DNA of 64,000 bases from Squalus acanthias (Eukaryota). The stretch covers positions 992,001-1,056,000 of the forward strand of contig JASTWF010000035.1 of assembly GCA_030390025.1 (NCBI GenBank), read 5' to 3'. Shown one piece after another: positions 60,501 to 64,000 of this stretch; position 1 is the stretch's first letter; the number at the start of each line of letters is the position of its first letter. The position numbers were made by a program, and so were the translations under genes. The notes under the pieces were generated by a model. It was given only the letters and a program-made list of their open reading frames with translations, made no database searches and was not told where the DNA came from.

Positions 60501-63500
60501 CCCTCAGCAGCGCCCTTCCAACCCTGCGGCGCTCTCTCAGTACCGCCCGTGCGGCCATCCTTCGGTACTGCCCTTCTGACAGTGCGGCGCTCCCTCAGCA
60601 CTGCCCCTCCGATAGTGCAACACTCCCTCAGTACTGCCCCTCCGAATGTGCGGCGCTCCCTCAGTTCATTCCCATTTCGACAGTGCGGCGCTCCCTCAGT
60701 GCCGCCCCTCCGATAGTGCGGCACTCCCTCAGTACTGCGGCTCCGACAGTGCGGCGCTCCCTCAGAACCGGCCCTCCCTCAGTACTGCCCCTCCGACAGT
60801 GCAGCGCTTGCTCAGCACATTCCCATTTCGACAGTGCAGCGCTCCCTCAGTGCCGCCCCTCCGATAGTGCGGCACTCCCTCAGTACTGCGGCTCCGACAG
60901 TGCGGCGCTCCCTCAGAACCGGCCCTCCCTCAGTACTGCCCCTCCGACAGTGCAGCGCTCGCTCAGTACTGCCCCTCCGACAGTGTGGTGCTCCCTCTGT
61001 ACTGCTACTCCTCCGGCAGTGCAGCACTCCCTCAGTACTGCCGCCCCTCCGAAAGTACAGCGCTCCCTCAGTACTGCATCTCCGACAGTGCAGCGCTCCC
61101 TCAGTACTGCCGCTCCTTCGACAGTGTGGTGCTCCCTCAGCACTGCCCCTCCGATAGTGCAGCGCTCCCTCAGCACCGCCCCACCGACAGTGCGGCACTC
61201 CCTCAGTACCGCCTCTCCGACAGTGCAGCGCTCCCTCAGTGCTGCCCCTCCGACAGTGCGGCGCTCCCTCAGTACTGACCCTCCGACAGTGCGGTGCTCT
61301 CTCGGTATTACCCCTCTGACAATGCAGCGCTCCCTCAGTACCGCCCCTCCGACAGTGTGGCTCTCCCTTTAGTACTGCTCCTCCGACAGTGCAGCGCTCC
61401 CTCAGTACTGCCGCTCCTTCGACAGTGTGGTGCTCCCTCAGCACTGCCCCTCCGATTTGTGCAGCGCTCCCTGAGCACCGCCTCTCCGACAGTGCGGCGC
61501 TCCCTCAGTACCGCCCCACCGACAGTGCGGCACTCCCTCTGTTCCGCCCCTCCGACAGTGCAGCACTCCCTCAGTACCGCCCCTCCGACAGTGCAGCACT
61601 CCCTCACTGCCGCCCCTCCGACAGTGCGGCGTTCCCTCAGTTCTGCCGCTCCTCCGACAGTGCAGAGCTCCCTCAGTACTGTCCCTCCTACAGTGCAGTA
61701 CTCCCTCAGTACTGCCGCTCCTCCGACAATGCAGCGCTCCCTCAGTACTGACCCTCCGACAGTGCCGCGCTCTCTCGGTACTACCCCTCTGACAATGCAG
61801 CTCTCCCTCAGTACCGCTCCTCCGACAGTGCGGCGCTCCCTCAGCAGCGCCCTTCCAACCCTGCGGCGCTCTCTCAGTACCGCCCGTGCGGCCATCCTTC
61901 GGTACTGCCCTTCTGACAGTGCGGCGCTCCCTCAGCACTGCCCCTCCGATAGTGCAGCACTCCCTCAGTACTGCCCCTCCGACAGTGCGGCGCTCCCTCA
62001 GTACATTCCCATTTCGACAGTGCGGCGCTCCCTCAGTGCCGCCCCTCCGATAGTGCGGCACTCCCTCAGTACTGCGGCTCCGACAGTGCGGCGCTCCCTC
62101 AGAACCGGCCCTCCCTCAGTACTGCCCCTCCGACAGTGCAGCGCTCGCTCAGTACTGCCCCTCCGACAGTGTGGTGCTCCCTCTGTACTGCTGCTCCTCC
62201 GGCAGTGCAGCACTCCCTCAGTACTGCCACCCCTCCGAAAGTGCAGCGCTCCCTCAGTACTGCATCTCCGACAGTGCAGCGCTCCCTCAGTACTGCCGCT
62301 CCTTCGACAGTGTGGTGCTCCCTCAGCACTGCCCCTCTGATAGTGCAGCGCTCCCTGAGCACCGCCCCTCCGACAGTGCGGCGCTCCCTCAGTACCGCCC
62401 CACCGACAGTGCGGCACTCCCTCTGTTCTGCCCCTCCGACAATGCAGCACTCCCTCAGTACTGCCCCTCTGACAGTGCAGCACTCCCTCAGTACCGCCCC
62501 TCCGACAGTGCAGCACTCCCTCACTGCCGCCCCTCCGACAGTGCGGCGTTCCCTCAGTTCTGCCGCTCCTCCAACAGTGCAGCGCTCCCTCAGTACTGTC
62601 CCTCCTACAGTGCAGTACTCCCTCAGTACTGCCGCTCCTCCGACAATGCAGCGCTCCCTCAGTACTGCCCCTCCGACAGTGCAGCGCTCCCTCAGTACTG
62701 CCCGTCCGACAGTGCAGCACTCCCTCAGTACTGCCCGTCCGACAGTGCGGCGCTCCCTCAGTACCGCCCGTCCGACAGTGCAGCGCTCCCTCAGTACTGC
62801 CCCTCCGACAGTGCAGCGCTCCCTCAGTACTGCCCGTCCGACAGTGCAGCACTCCCTCAGTACTGCCCGTCCGACAATGCAGCGCTCCCTCAGTACTGCC
62901 CCTCCGACAGTGCCGCGCTCTCTCGGTACTACCCCTCTGACAATGCAGCTCTCCCTCAGTACCGCCCCTTTGACAGTGCGGCGCTCCCTCAGCAGCGCCC
63001 TTCCAACCCTGCGGCGCTCTCTCAGTACCGCCCGTGCGGCCATCCTTCGGTACTGCCCTTCTGACAGTGCGGCGCTCCTTCAGCACTGCCCCTCCGATAG
63101 TGCAGCACTCCCTCAGTACTGCCCCTCCGACAGTGCGGCGCTCCCTCAGTACATTCCCATTTCGACAGTGCGGCGCTCCCTCAGTGCCGCCCCTCCGATA
63201 GTGCGGCACTCCCTCGGTACTGCGGCTCCGACAGTGCGGCGCTCCCTCAGAACCGGCCCTCCCTCAGTACTGCCCCTCCGACAGTGCAGCGCTCGCTCAG
63301 TACATTCCCATTTCGACAGTGCGGCGCTCCCTCAGTGCCGCCCCTCCGATAGTGCGGCACTCCCTCAGTACTGCGGCTCCGACAGTGCGGCGCTCCCTCA
63401 GAACCGGCCCTCCCTCAGTACTGCCCCTCCGACAGTGCAGCGCTCGCTCAGTACTGCCCCTCCGACAGTGTGGTGCTCCCTCTGTACTGCTACTCCTCCG

Positions 63501-64000
63501 GCAGTGCAGCACTCCCTCAGTACTGCCGCCCCTCCGAAAGTGCAGCGCTCCCTCAGTACTGCATCTCCGACAGTGCAGCGCTCCCTCAGTACTGCCGCTC
63601 CTTCGACGGTGTGGTGCTCCCTCAGCACTGCCCCTCCGATAGTGCAGCGCTCCCTGAGCACCGCCCCTCCGACAGTGCGGCGCTCCCTCAGTACCGCCCC
63701 ACCGACAGTGCGGCACTCCCTCTGTTCTGCCCCTCCGACAGTGCGGCGCTCCCTCAGTACCGCCCCACCGACAGTGCAGCACTCCCTCAGTACCGCCCCT
63801 CCGACAGTGCAGCACTCCCTCACTGCCGCCCCTCCGACAGTGCGGCGTTCCCTCAGTTCTGCCGCTCCTCCGACAGTGCAGAGCTCCCTCAGTACTGTCC
63901 CTCCTACAGTGCAGTACTCCCTCAGTACTGCCGCTCCTCCGACAATGCAGCGCTCCCTCCGTACTGCCCCTCCGACAGTGCAGCGCTCCCTCAGTACTGC
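57508..64000. repeat. 33/36-bp satellite, right block, running off the window
   Basis: Same unit as 50491-51394, more diverged, with higher-order duplications. Confidence 0.97.

Noticed and set aside
57402..63823. Long STAPPTV/mucin-like ORFs on both strands
   Set aside because: Products of the 33/36-bp satellite; no splice or domain evidence.

Overview
Vertebrate genomic DNA, almost certainly a cartilaginous fish (HE1 V-SINE, SacSINE1/Deu-type SINE and abundant CR1 LINEs). Genes: the last two coding exons of a PDCD4-like gene (+), a 200-N assembly gap, the 3' half of IDH3B (+, with two alternative terminal coding exons), and a complete 12-exon NOP56 (-, 541 aa by my exon sum) tail-to-tail with IDH3B as in human. 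NOP56 introns host SNORD86, SNORD56, a SNORD57-like RNA with a degenerate C box, SNORA51 and three SNORD110-like copies. Notable signals: minimal type-I hammerhead ribozyme motifs of two families in short Penelope-tail/retrozyme-like insertions; minisatellites built from 5' splice sites (16 copies of the NOP56 exon 9/intron 9 junction); a CTCF-motif-like 30-bp array; a hairpin competing between the NOP56 exon 8 donor and the SNORD86 terminal stem; a 7.8-kb hairpin-unit satellite in an IDH3B intron; and a SINE-derived 33-bp satellite split by a full-length CR1 with nested insertions. The long ORFs in the track are tandem-repeat artefacts or decayed LINE ORFs. Homology calls rest on recalled reference sequences, not database searches.
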